Assembly: GCA_047495785.1 (NCBI GenBank)
Contig: JBLDXI010000011.1
Coordinates: forward strand, 186,001-250,000
DNA length: 64,000 nucleotides
Reading direction: 5' to 3'
Origin: Lepidodermella squamata
Lineage: Eukaryota > Animalia > Gastrotricha
The translations under genes were made by a program, and so were the position numbers. The notes beneath the pieces were generated by a model. That model did not search any database. It was not told where the DNA came from and was given only the letters and a program-made list of their open reading frames with translations. This document shows, in pieces, positions 12,701 to 26,100 of the stretch. Position 1 is the first letter of the stretch, and each line of letters begins with the position of its first letter.

Positions 12701-15700
12701 ATTAAAACAACAACATTAATAATAATAACAGTAACGGCCAATTCACAGTATCCGATTTTGAAGGGAGGGCCAAGGCATTCGAAGTACAGGGGTGCTGGGG
12801 TGTCGCGACACCCCAGCTCGGGGATTCCAACCAGAAGAAGGGTGAAAAACCACAGGGGGCCCTTTAATTGCTTTGGCTGGGTATTGGAAAACGCTTCACT
12901 ACCAGGATCCCAGTGCGCGAAGTACGGGGGGGAATGAGGTGTATCTTACCCCACAGTTCACAAGGCCAAAGTGGAAATTCCCCCAAAAAACCACAGGGGG
13001 ATCCTTTGGTCATAAAATTTGGGCCCGAAAATACCCCCTAGCTCGAGGATCCTACTTCGCACAATTATGCGAAGAATTATCATGGCCCATCAGCCACAAG
13101 TGAAGGTGCCGCCATTCCGTCCTATTCTTAATTTTCATCTTTCCATCTTTCCATCTTTTAAATGAAAGCGATAATCGAACATTGAAAAGCTATTGTTTTT
13201 GGTATACATCAAGTCATTTGAACTTTTTCAAACAAAAACTCGGCAATCGTATGATAAATGATAAGAGGGCTGATAAGAGGGAAGACATGATCACGTACAC
13301 ATCTGGCTTGTCCCACAAAATTACGCATACAACGAAAATACATACACACACAGGCCGTTTTTTTTCATTTGCGGCTCTTTCCTCCGAGAGTAATAATTTG
13401 TAAGACCAAATCCGAAAAAAATCCGGAGAAATTAGGTTCTAGGTAAAATACCGATAATTACCGAGCCAGTTATCAGCCGGTCTCTCCCGGTAAATATGAC
13501 TTCTTTTCGGTGGAATCACTGACAAAGCGTGGGAAATGTCCCAGTCGGTTTGATAATAGAAAAAGGGTTACATTTCCATATAAAATGTTTTGCAAAATTC
13601 GGAAAACTGTTGCGCAACTTATGGGACATGCTACATAATTACGGGACTTTTACTATACGTCGAGTTCAACTTAAGAGCGCAAGCATCATCTCCCGTTTTG
13701 TCCTAACATAAGCCGCGAGTCCGTTAACAATTTATTTGTGGATGCAATACTACAAAATTTCGGTTGTAACGGACAATGGGATAGTTTGCTATGCTGCAAA
13801 CTTGGAAAGGCACATTTTCCTATCATTCCACACGTTAAATTTACCAAGATCCGAACCGTCTTGATCTTGGTTCTCAAAATCAATAATATGACTACAATTA
13901 TTGATTGCAGGGCCCTTGTTTTGATTATAAAAGAAGAACTGACCTGATAACCAATGCCGGGGGTGTTTGATACAGGAGTACTCGCAGATTCGTCCTTCAC
14001 CTCGTCGCAGTTGCTCGCCTCAGGGGTGGCAACCGCCATCGAAGCCGGTTGTTCAGTCTCCGAATCCTCCGGCTGCTGAAGCGGCTCAGCCTCTTCAACA
14101 GCGTCCTCAGCCGCAGCCTGTGGCGGCGATACGCCATACTTCTCCTCAGGCTCGTCCTGCGCATTGTGCTCGGACAGCGGCGATAGTTCCATGTCATCGG
14201 AAGACCCACCGCCATACGCATCCTGCTTCGCCACGCCGTTCTGCTTCGAATCCTGATCTTCGTCTTCCTCGACCTCCGAGTTGAGATGCGAGGCTGGCTG
14301 TTGCGACACGGGTGTGACCTGCTGCAGAGGGTCGCTGCTGGCGTGGATACTCCGCGTGCTGTGCAGCCACGCGACCAGCTGCGTGAACACGTGCCGCTTG
14401 TACGACGTCAGCTGCGACCACGACTTGTCGGCGCGTCGCAGGGCGCCGAACACGCCCCGCACCGGGCAGCCGATGCACTGCGCGAGGTCGTGCTATATAC
14501 ATCGAATCGCGATAAAAACTCAGAGTGAAACATCGAGTTGACATACCGCGTCCATGTTGAGCGCCCGCAACATGTGATTCACCTCATCGGCGATTGTTCG
14601 GGTGTCTAAAGGTGACTGAATGGAAAAGAAAATAAGAATGAAGCCAGGAATCGTTTGGTTGCTCAGAACCGAATTGTCCGAGGCTCACCTTGAAAAGCAA
14701 CAGATTAAATAATATGAGACGTTATGAGTGACTCGGTCTTTTCTCACGTCTCATATTGCCCAAAAACCTCTGATTATGGTTAAAATTCCCTTCAACTCAA
14801 GTAACTAAAAAGACTTTTAACCGAAATCGAACATTTCTAATGCATATAGATGTCTAATCTCATACTCTTTGCAGGGGGAGGGGGAAAGCTAGGTTTGTAG
14901 CCCCTTGTTAGGTTTGTTTGAAGGCTATCTGCTCGTGATTTCTGATTGCAATTCTTCTAATTAGAAGCTTTATTTTGTGAAAACTTAGCCTAAAACTTCG
15001 ATTCTAGTCCTTCGAGGTCCCATCGAAGGTAAAATTTCTCCTCTCAGCTCCCTTATAATAGAACTTAAAGAAAACCGATTGAAACAAACAGAAAAATCTC
15101 AAATCATATTTGTGTAGTAATTTATGAATATCTGACCTCTGCCTCATTACGAGATTTCGAAATCGAAGCGCGACGCGGCCGAGCGCTAAATTTCTTGACG
15201 TCACGACTTACATTATCGGAAATGCTCATATCAGCTGATGGAGACTGAAAAACGACCGCAAATTGAATTAACGCAAAATTCTGATTACTTAGCAGACTCA
15301 CATTTTGATTCTGATTCTGCTCCGCCATTGATCCGGCGCTGTTATTGTCACTGTCACTCGCCGTTGACGGGTCACCGCTCAACTCAGCCGAACCCTGCCC
15401 ATGCTGCCTGGCTTCCTCTTCAAAGGACTGATAGGACGGCGCGGCGATCTGACCAGGCATCGGCGGCATGTCCGATTGCGATGGGGGTGGTGGCGGAGGC
15501 GGTGGAGGAGGCGGCGGAGGTGGAGGAGGGGGAGGTGGTGGCGGAATCGGCGGCATTTGCAGAGCCTGCTGTGGGCGCCTCGGGTCCGTCGGTCGGTTCG
15601 GGCTGTTCGCCTGTTGCTTTGAGCGGGTCGCTGTCGCCGCGATGGCACTTGTCAACAGCGGCGGAGGGATCGGCGGCGGGGGAGGAGGTGGGACTGGCGC

Positions 15701-16383
15701 TGGACCCGGGGCAACACCATACCTGAAAAATGAAGGTGGAAAATTGTCCCTACATTTTCTTCAAATTAATCCTTGAAACCGGTCCCAAGGGCGTAAATTG
15801 AACAATCTAGACATTTGGTTTCTAATAGGCTTGAATTTTGTTCGTGGAAACCCCATTGTTTAAGAGAATGAATTGGATCTTACCTGTGTTGAACGGGGGG
15901 TCGCTGTTGGCGTTGTTGTTGCTGCCAGCGCTGCTCCTCGTGATAGCGCCAGGCGTTGTAGCCGGGAGGAGGCTGGTGAGGCGGCGGGGGCGGCGGGCCG
16001 TAGCCACCGCCGTAGCCGCTGTAGTAGCGAGGAGGCTCGCCCCAGTCGTTGCTGTAGCCGCGGACTGAGGGCGGCCCGGGGGGACCACCGTATCGCCGCT
16101 GTTTCGGGCCGGGTGGTCCTGGTTCGTCGGGCTAACGTGATAATCAAAAATAACTTTCATTAACAATTGGAACTTCCCGGTTTAAAGGTGTAACCCAAGG
16201 CGAAAAAAAGAGATTAGGTCTTGGAAAGTGACTTACTTGCTGCCAATGCTGAGGTTGAGGCGGCGTTTCGTCCCAGTTGGGGAAAGCCGGCGGCGCGTAG
16301 TTCGGCTCAACTTGGTACCGAGGAGCGCCGCGTTTCAAGCCCGCTGAGCCCTGTTGTTCGTGCTGCGAGCTTGGATCGCCCAT
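6773..16383 (-). CDS. ~1225-aa protein: Pro/Gly/Tyr/Gln-rich N-terminus, CUT-like domain, acidic and Ala/Pro/Gln linkers, single degenerate ABC-F-type NBD
   Basis: 12 phase-consistent GT-AG exons: 16237-16383, 15884-16131, 15302-15722, 15212-15244, 14547-14615, 13944-14492, 12207-12672, 10021-10924, 8741-9135, 7658-7957, 6853-6980, 6773-6790 (3678 nt). CUT-like segment: LDTRTIADEVNHML...LRRADKSWSQLTSYKRHVFTQLVAWLH. ABC-F-like segments: HGKRYGLIGP, AEAKARHILDGLGFSAEMQ, EPALLLIDQPT, THDRNFLDNV, YYQGNYTSFK. Confidence 0.75.
12794..12817. repeat. 24-bp perfect palindrome within a GC-rich intronic repeat fragment
   Basis: GCTGGGGTGTCG|CGACACCCCAGC. Nearby G/C-run motifs at 12780-13062 look like MITE debris. 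Confidence 0.6.
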
Positions 16384-19300
16384 CGATCGTCTCGATCAGA
16401 CGGACAATTTAAGCTTTGTTAAAATCTATTTCTTTGGAGCAAATTTCATAATTATCGTCAGCGTTGAGTCGCACGGCTTAATTAAGGCCAGAAATTAGCC
16501 GTAATAGGCAAAATGGCCAGCCGACATTCTTCTACTTCAAAACATACCTCTGTTTTGGCAACATTTCACAGCTGCGCGTTGCTCATCCAACAAAGGCTAT
16601 TCAACGCAAGACAATAGATGTGCGGAGACCTGAAGTCTATTACTGGCTCTCTCTCTCACTCGCTCGCTGTCTTTCACCCGGGGTCGCACAAATGGCACCA
16701 CGAGCGAGTGTCGAACGAAAACAATGGCTACGCTGGTACTTGAAAAGATATAAAAAATTAAAAGTTGAGATTGGATAAAACCACAATAACAGTCCAACGT
16801 AAATGATCCGACCTCCGAGTTTGCCAAAAATAGAATTTTCAAATTTAAATAACACAACAAATTTTGGCGCTGTGCCAATACTTATTTCACGAAAATTTGG
16901 CAAAAACGTCATAGAAAAGAGTCACTTCCTAACCAATTTCCAAAATACTTTCTCACAGAATTAAGACAAATCTCACCTACCTAACGAACGATTCTGTCGC
17001 CAGCATTTCTTTATCTGTCAAATTTCGAGTATGGAATGATCTCCCGAGCAAGGCAGCATCTAAATTTGAAAACGGCATGGGAAATAGTGAACATTGCAAA
17101 TTTCGCGAATTTTCTACAGGAACTCGGGGGACTAATTATTCAGGTCAAAATAAAAACCAAAAATGGAGCTAGCCGTCGGGAGTCGGGAATGAATTTGGGT
17201 GTGACTCCAATTCCCACCTACTCATTTGCATAATTTTACAAAAGCGTCATTTCAAACCTGGCCAATGAACTTTGTATCCAGAGCACAGAGGCTGCGTAAA
17301 ATCCGGACCGCTTTTGTGTGTATAGCAAATGGTTGAAAAAAATTGAACCCATGCAGTGTTGCACCAGTCGCGCTGCGTATTACAAATCTAGCTCTCACGC
17401 TTTTATTTCATACGCAAAAACTTTTTCATCAAACGCCGGCCGTCGTGGTGGTGGCGGTTGATGAGAAAAAAACGTGGAACTAATTTAGGGGGCCGCGGGC
17501 AACGTTAAAGGTATCGGTACGCCGCGTTACGCTACCACATTAAGATAATGCGCTTTAAATTGCTTTTCTCTCTCGTTCGTGTGCGCAATCTTTTGGCTGT
17601 GTGGCCGGTGTCTACGGCCGGCGAAGCGTTGTCAACGCGGTCCTGAGCGCACCGAGAGCATACTACGCTCGACGGCAATTGTTTTCGTGGCTAAATTTTT
17701 TTTGCTATTACGACACGTCACGTATTGCCTGGAAAGCGGTACCGTATCAACGCGAAATACGCTCCAAGCCATCGGATATTTTTCGTAAGACTTTTGGCGA
17801 ACTAAGATTGCTATACGAATCCTAAAACCTGAATTAGCTCTAGTTCCAAGGGTGGGATAGTTTGAAAATGTTGAAATTTTACCTGGATTTCCTAATACGA
17901 TTGGTTGCCAATTTTTCGGTTGAGGATTGCACTGGCTAGGTCAAAGTCCAAAGCTGAGTTGTTATTGTTATTGTTGTGAGGAGAGAAAAAAATCTCGATT
18001 TTTTTTAAATTTTCACGTGTAGTCGGCAATGACAATTAAGAACGACAGAAGAATGATGATGAAGTTGTTTTCGCCATCGCTGCTACGACTCGTATTGTAA
18101 TGCATGGCTCGCCCGGCGCGTGGTGGTTGTTAGATGGCAGGTGAACACACACGCATACACACATTGTGGTGAGGCGATGATCGTGGTGACGTGGCGCAAA
18201 CACCTCTCGGCTGGGAGATTGACAAGGCAGGGCGGCGACGGGTGTTGAAAAACAACCGCCCAGCCGCAGTGAGAGGTAAAAATTCTGCCTCACGCTGCGC
18301 CTGGACGGGTTTCTGAAAAAATACAAACAATCACATGCGACATGATGATGTAAGAAAAAGGAAAATACATCCCTAGCGGTCAATAAATGAGCCATGGGGT
18401 GGAATTCTCCTTGTTAATTTGTTGCTTATACATTTATCCAAACGGAGCCATACCAAAATTTAATGAGGCTAAATTTGAAGTTGGGAAAAATGACACTCTT
18501 TCGCAAGTTTTGGGAGACATTTCAGGCAGTCCTGCGATCTCGCGAGATGAAGCGCTATACTTGATGTTATTTGCAGCGAAACAGGAATGGATTGGATGCG
18601 GGAAGGCGGCCGATTTTGTCTTTCAGAACGTAAGCTTAGTACAATTTCATAGGTTCAACAATTTAAATCTCTGAAAGAAATTCATCGACTAATGGCGAGT
18701 TATTGTAGTCTGAGAAACAACGCACGGGGTTTAAACATAGAAATAGAATAGGCGGCTGAATTTTTCATTAGAATTTTGAATATGCTCTGATAATTTTCAC
18801 AAAGATACGGCTGAATTTGTTTTTCATATTATAGCTCACCTCTTCCTTGAAACGTAAACGAATCGTCTCTCTATACGTAATTGTTGACCATACATTATGC
18901 GTTTTGCTTTCCAGAAAATTATAGGCAGATCTTCTAAGGAATACATTTCAACGAAGAAACCTATGCCTATGTGCCGAAGGTAGGTTCACGTTCACGGTAT
19001 GTTTTTTTCAACTGTGCATCATCGCTACCAGATGAACGCTTAGCTACAACATAATGAAAAAATACGCGTTCTCAGTAGTCACCGTGAAAACATGTATTAT
19101 AACCCGACCTAATGTGAGATGGAAAATTATCTCGCGAAAAAAAGTGAGCTTGAAGAAACCCTGGTACATGGAATAAACTCATTCAAAAATACGCTTGTTT
19201 TTTGAAAAATGAGCTTTTTAAATATTTTTCTATGATCACGTCTTTTGATTGAATAACAAGAGATGTATTGCTTACACCAAAATAAATGCGCTTCCCGTTG

Positions 19301-20187
19301 GCCTTTTGAACTTGTGCTTTGTCATGCAGCTTTTTATGACCAGCATTAGTCATCAGAAAACGGTAAGTTAGCAAGCCTTTCACTGGCTCTGAACTCATCA
19401 AAATTACCCGCCCACTGTAGCAATATTTCTTCTGTCATTTTTCACATGTCATGTGGCGAAAAAAAACTTCGCTCAAATTATGTGGCCATAAGCCAAAGAC
19501 CTGTATATTTATGTTACCCACGTGCGTAGTGGTCTTAAGGAACCCCTGGCGTTTAATTGCTTTTGAAGACCTGTCGTGGCATTACTACGTTTGAATTCGT
19601 CGCCATGTTTTTTTTCACAAACACATATTGTCCAAATATCGTAGGAGGTAGCTGCTGCCACCTCAGACGAAACTGCTTTCGTCTATGTTGAGAAGACACT
19701 TGCACGTGTGCAAGTTTCTGTTCTTACAAAGGTATTCCTGCCCCGATGTTTTTGTCAATTTGATGGTGAGTGAATTTTAATGTTTAAAAGCTTATTTGAA
19801 TCAAAAATACTTATGTCGCATAAAATCTGACGTGAAAAAGCTTTGAATTGAGCAATCTTCCCGGGAATTTTCTCCAGCATATAGCTTATTTGTAAATTCG
19901 TGGATGACGCGGCTCGTAACATTCAAGTTACCCATCGTAAGTTCGGCCACATCACACGTGTGGAAAAAAAACAAAATTGCTAATGACCACGTCGAAGAAG
20001 CGGCCACGTTGCCGTAAGTGATATTCTGGCAAATTAAACACTTTCCACCGGTCACAGGGCAACTAAAGATGAATGACGACTAAGATTCGACTAAGCATCC
20101 CCAGAGGCTCAACATGTCAAGCACATACACTTGATTGAAATTCCATTTTCATTCCATTATCTCAACAGATATCACTAAAATAGCTGG

Positions 20188-23100
20188 TTATTGTTCAACC
20201 GGATTATCGATAGCTTCCTCTGTAACTTCGTCGTCTCGACTAGCAATTTGCTGCTTCAAGTATCTGATGACTTTGTTCAGCTTTTTCCGTCTCAATCGCC
20301 ACTCAGCTATTTGCGACTCAGCTCTCGTCGCCAGCGAGTCGCCCTTTGAGTCTAAGAGTTCAACCTGCTCGACTTGCTCGTTGAAAGTCACCCGCCGACT
20401 GCCACCGCCATCTTCCAACTCGTCCTCATCCTCGTTTTCTACCCTCGCCAAACTCACCTGCCGCCTCTCGCCGAATGAAGTCGACGCAACTTCCAATTGC
20501 TCAGCTATTGCGTCGTGGCGTTTCTCAGCCATCGTAAGAGGGGTCTCGAAATTGCCATCCGTCAGTTCGGCTAGTAGCAGAGCAGCGGGTGTGACATTCG
20601 CAGATTCTGGATCAATCATATTTCGGGTTCGTTGCAACACCGGGACATGCGCCTCGAGCAAGGCCTCAACTGAATGCAGATTCGCGTTCACCGAGGCGTG
20701 ATGTAGGGGCACTCGACCGTAGGCATTTCGGCAACTAAGAAGCCGTAGAATCGCTTCCTCGCGTTTCACATGGCCTGTAAAATTAACGATAAATTTGTCA
20801 ACCATTAACATTTGAGAGGTCAGGTTTCGCGAATTTCATGAACTCGTGAGATTATGGCAAGGTAATAGATGTCAAGCTGAGAATTATTGCTGAATGCTGA
20901 ATAGCTAGCAGTGATCTTACTGCAGGGAGTATGGAGGTGATAGGTACCCCCTAACCCTAGGGGTTCGGGAATTGGGAAATTTGTTGAAAAAAACAAAATT
21001 TGTTCCCCTTATGTTTTCAAAATGAAAGTTGGATGTTGCTGTCTGCCATCCCTTTGCAACTGGGAACTAGGCTTCCCCTTCCAGGAGTTCTTCCGGATGG
21101 CCCACTACGGATTGTTTATAACCCCCCCCCCCCCCCCCGACTCAACCCTGGTCTCGAATCACTTGCGCAATTCTCACTTGTTAACGGTCTCTGTTACCTA
21201 GGATATGACGAATCAGACGATGATTGCCGCGGGTTGCAGCAACGTGAAGTGGCGTATCGCCCTTTTCGCCGTATTCACAATCACTAGGAAGTCGTGAATG
21301 TTGTAGCCAAGCAGTAAATCCACCCATACCTTCTCTCGCCGTGTAAAACGAAGCTAAAACGTCGTAGAATTTGATCGACTCGCGACCACCGGGGATCCCA
21401 GCTACCATATGCATAGGACAGCCATTGGTTTTACCCGCGACATTGATGCAGCAGTTTTTATCGATGTTGGGGCCATGCTTACTGAGCAGAAGTCGAACGG
21501 CGCCCAGATTCCGGCCTCGAATTGCGAGGTGAAGCGGCCGGTCGTTGCTGCGATCGGCTGTTTCGAAATTAGCCCCGCTGTTGAGCAGAAATCGAACAAC
21601 TGCTAAGCGCCTTTCATCGGCTGCTTCATCTGCAATGGTATAGGTATATAGTTTGAGGACAACAAAAATAGCAGAAAGGCAATCATCACCACGCCAAATT
21701 CATTCTCAATCGAAACGTAAATTGAATGTTCATTCTCACGTCAAATTGCTTTACCTATGCTTCGAGTTGTTGCTGTAGCTAATTGAGCATTATTATATAA
21801 TTTGTGGTGTAGGTGTTATTCGTTTTATGACTGCGTGTGTTTACTAGTAATGAGCATGCGCGTCAATGTGTTGATGATACGAGCCCATCTCAGGCTAGGC
21901 CGTGTGTGTTGAAGCAACCAGTACGCGTAATGATTATTCGCCACGTTTTGAAGCTTTCCACATCAAAACTACCCAAGCCAAGTCATACGTGGCATAATAA
22001 CAACTTGGGGATAGGTATAGAATCATTCATTTCTGTAAGTATTTCACGTGGAGAGAATGAAGTTATACTACAGCCTACAGCTTTAACGAAATGGCAATGA
22101 TGAATTAAAATGATGATGATGATGAATTAAAAAGAGATTCGAATGTTGGCACAGCCGGCAAATTCAGATCGCTATGCTGATTTTTTTCAGGTTTTGGTAG
22201 CAGCAAAGTTTCAAAATGGCTTGATGTTGAGACAAAAATCTTTTAGTTGGTAAACTCGACGCATGAGCAAGTTGCAAAGCTAAGCTTAAATCTTAGTTTC
22301 CAGTAATGAAAAACGATCCTGAATATTGCCAATTTCCGGCTCGGCACGTAATTTTCAAAGGTTCCTTTCCTCCCTTGTTCGAAGTTCGAAGTCAGATCGA
22401 ACCCAACCGAAGTGTTAAGAACATCGTTAAACATTTTCTTACAGATAGAGCTAACAAAAATGGAAGGGGTTAATTAAAGACTCTTGCTCTGAAGCAAAAC
22501 TGGATCGGTAGAAACTAAAAACAAAAATGTGAGCGATATATCTGATCTGACAGTCGTCAAGTTTTCAAGAGCTATGACAAGCTAGCAACTAAGATTCCGG
22601 GTTTTCTTACTAACCTCCAAATGCTGTACCGCTGGCATATGCTGACGCTACAAGTTCCAACTCTTCTTCAACATCGCCTCGAGCCATCTGAACCAGAACT
22701 AGATGCAAAGCCGTTTGCTGACCAGGTTCAGTCCGAGTATCAACATTCGCACCAGCATCAAGCAACAGCTGCATCGCATCGTATTGATTAGCCAAAGCAG
22801 CTGATTGGAATGGCGTACAGCCATTACGGCCTCGAGCTTCACGCATCTTACCAGAACTTTCAAGCAAAAGGCCTAGAACACCTAGGTGTCCAGTTGCTGC
22901 TGCGGTATGAACAGGCAAATTTCCATTCGCATCGCTTGTTTTCACTAAATTTGGATCTCGATCAATGAGAAGACGAGCGATCGCGACCTTATCAGCGTAG
23001 GCTGATGAGTTGACGGGCCGGGCTACGGGCACAAAACGGCACTCGGCCAACTCGCGAGATGTCGCAGCTTCGACTACTCGGGTTTCAGATTCGAGCAACT

Positions 23101-26100
23101 CGACAAAGGCCGATTTGTTGCAATCGCCATCCAGCCATGTCGCTGCGTTGTGCAGGGCTGTTTTGCCATTGAACCCCCTAGCTGTTACATCGACCTTAAA
23201 GTCAATCAGCAATTTTGCATGACGAGCATGACCGGCGAGGCAAGCGGCGTGGAGACTTGTATTGCCATGCGAGTCTCGGCTGTTGACCTTAGCCCCGGCT
23301 GATAACAGAGCCTCTAAGACTTCGATAGCTCCGTTTGGAACAACGCAAGCTAGATGAAGTGGGGTTCTAGCGACGTCTTCAGGGCCACTCCTAGCCTCCA
23401 GGGCTGCTTGGCATGCAATGAGCAGAGCCGCGACCTCGAGTTGAGCGAACACTGCGGCCCAGTGCAAAGGTGTGCGGCCATACGAGTCGCGAGATTCGAG
23501 GTAGGAAGCGAGTCGACCAATCGATTTCGCATCTTCGAGCAGAAATCTCGCAATTTCGGCTTGGCCACCCCGAGTTGCGGCATGCAGCAACGTATAGGGA
23601 TTATTAATATTCGCCTATGGAATTAAATATACCTTTTTCAAGAATTCAGGTCCAGCTGTCTTACCAAGCTAAGTCTCTTCCCGCGAGCATGTTGTACAAA
23701 AAGTTGAAAGACCCGAGTTGAGCCTAGCTGAGCTGCGAGAAGAAACGGTGTCACGCCAGCTTCCTCTTCAATCGCGTCAAGGGGTGGCCGACTCGGAGCA
23801 TGTGGATCAGCCCCGTGATCTAACAGGACCCTAGCCGCCTCGAGATGATCACCCATGGCAGCTTTGTGCAGCGAAGTGTGGCCTCGACGTAGGCAGACAC
23901 TTTCGACAGTGAACAGGTCTTTTGTCCTCTCATCACCGCTGAGCAAGAAAGCGGTGGATAATCGACCGGTTCTGGCACAGAACTGAAGGGCGTTCTCGCC
24001 AAGGCCATTTCTCACAATGTCATCCAGATTCATCTTTTGCTTTTCTGCAACTTCGATCATTTTGTCGAGTACATATCTGAGAAAGGTTTGAATTTGAAAA
24101 CTCATTTTTGTCTAAGGTATGCATGTCAGTTTTTTCGAAGTTGAACAGTAAACGTGTCAATAAGGTATGTATTCACGCGACTAGTTCTGTGTCTAAGGTA
24201 TGTACTGACTTACTTTGCGAATTCGAAGTTTTTGTAATAGCACGCCAAATGCAACGCAGGGGCTTCATCATGGTCTTTCGGCCCAGATTTCGCCGTCACC
24301 CTAGCGTTGAATTGTTCGACTAGTAGTCGAGCTATGGTGACATCGCCATGCTCACTAGCGATCAGTAGTAAAGACGTCCTTCCCAGCGAGTTTCTCGCCT
24401 CTAAATTTACATTGCCCTTTTCTAGCAACAATCGAATCATCGACTCGTCCTTTTTTCGAACAGCAAGATGAAGGGCAGTATTTCCTTCAGGCACATCTTT
24501 GATATTCGGACGAACATTAAACTCGGTAAGCAGAGCCTCAGCCATGACAATATCACTTCGTTGTACAGCTTGATGTATTACTGTTGCCTGCCCGCCATCG
24601 TTCATGGGCATAGTTCTAACATCGACTCTAGCTTTGAACGTTTTAACCAGGATCTTCGCAATCTCGACATAGCCGTGATGAACAGCTTCATGTAGCCCAT
24701 TGCGGCCAGTTGTCAGCCGGTTGAAAGTTTCATCGATAAGTGGCGCATTGCCAGAGCGTGAACACAGCAAGCGAACTGACTCGATGTCATTCGTTGATAT
24801 CGCGTAGTGAAGGGGCAGGTCACCCTTAGCATCAGCTTCGCCTAATAAAAAGCCACGCCGCCATGCTGAAAGCAATTTGGTAGCACCTCTTTTCTTGTAG
24901 TGAACCGCTATGTGTAAAGATGTGACACCATCCAAGCCTAAAATAAAATTTTAAATGTTCATATCCGCGAATTTTTCGAGCTCTACCTAAAGAAGGGAGA
25001 GAGCACCGAACGTTTATCTCAGTGTTGAATTCTAGCAGAGCCATTTGAATGAAATCGCATGAATCCCAGCGAGCTGCGACGTGTAGTGGGGTCATTTTCG
25101 CCTTGTCTCTCGTCACCTGTTCCAGGGGGCGAAATTTCTCAAGTCCATGTGCGATGATGAGCCGCCTAGCGAACGCGCATGAGTTGTATCGGGCGGCTGT
25201 GTGAATCACAGCCTCGCCTTGGCTCGTTCGCTGCTCGTCGAGGTAACGGCGGGGGTCGGCGCTGATTTCTAGCAAAAAACCGAGGACGGACGGCTGGTTG
25301 TAGCGAGCAGCGACGTGGTACAAGCCCTGCTCATCGCCGTTTTCATCCGAGTATTCTTCGTGTGGCGAGAGGTAGTCCTCCTTATAGCTTTTTTGAGATA
25401 CGAAAAACTTGCGTAATTTCTCGACATCGCCTGACTTGACCATTTCAACCAACTGACTTCTCTGAAAACAGCAATAATTGAATAAAATCCGGCTTTTTAA
25501 GGTTGAATTCGCGGCTTTTTAATGCCGTGGGAAAAATATTGGCAATTTATGTTGCACATTTCCCCATCCGCCGGTGTTTCCTCCGCGCGCGCGCTCATAT
25601 TGGCTGGGCCTTGTTGCCCAACAACTAAGATAATTACAGCCTTCAGGCGCGCGCGCACGGACGAGAACAAAGACGACTGCGCCCTGCGCTGAGTCTGCAA
25701 AATGCTTTCAAGAAAATAAATAAGCTTAAATTAAGGCAGATTTTGTTGTCGAAAAACTTGACAACATTTGGATTAGCATGTACTTAGTTCTTATTTACCC
25801 ATCGATTGAATAGAAAATAGAAAATAGTGCGCGCGCAAAATTCAAATCTACCTAACAAATTGCGAAAGCGCGCACGAGCTATTTTCGGTGAATTTGGGGT
25901 AATTTCATCAAGATATAGCTGAACACTCTAACCATTTGATTATTTTCGCGCTACATCGAATTGATTGAAAAATGTTCTTGCCCTTGAAAGTTTGTGCGTT
26001 TGAAAAGTTACCGCTCATTACTAGAGCCGCTTATGTAGAAGCGGATGTAGAAATTCCTTAGAATGATCAAAGCTCAAGCGCTTCTTAAAATGTAGAAAAA

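Noticed and set aside
15822-16166. Listed 114-aa and 95-aa minus-strand ORFs
   Set aside because: Wrong frames; splice phases require the third frame (PDEPGPPGPKQRRY...).
18387-18979. Possible plus-strand two-exon gene (95-aa ORF with a GTAAG donor, small exon 18914-18979)
   Set aside because: No recognisable domain or continuation; cannot be supported without transcripts.
24105-24205. Three spaced TAAGGTATG repeats, superficially array-like
   Set aside because: Short degenerate intronic tandem duplication in a eukaryotic gene; not CRISPR.
25497-25700. ORF MSARAEETPADG as first exon of the ankyrin gene
   Set aside because: It overlaps the transposon TIR; exon 26563-26711 splices in phase to 25461 instead.
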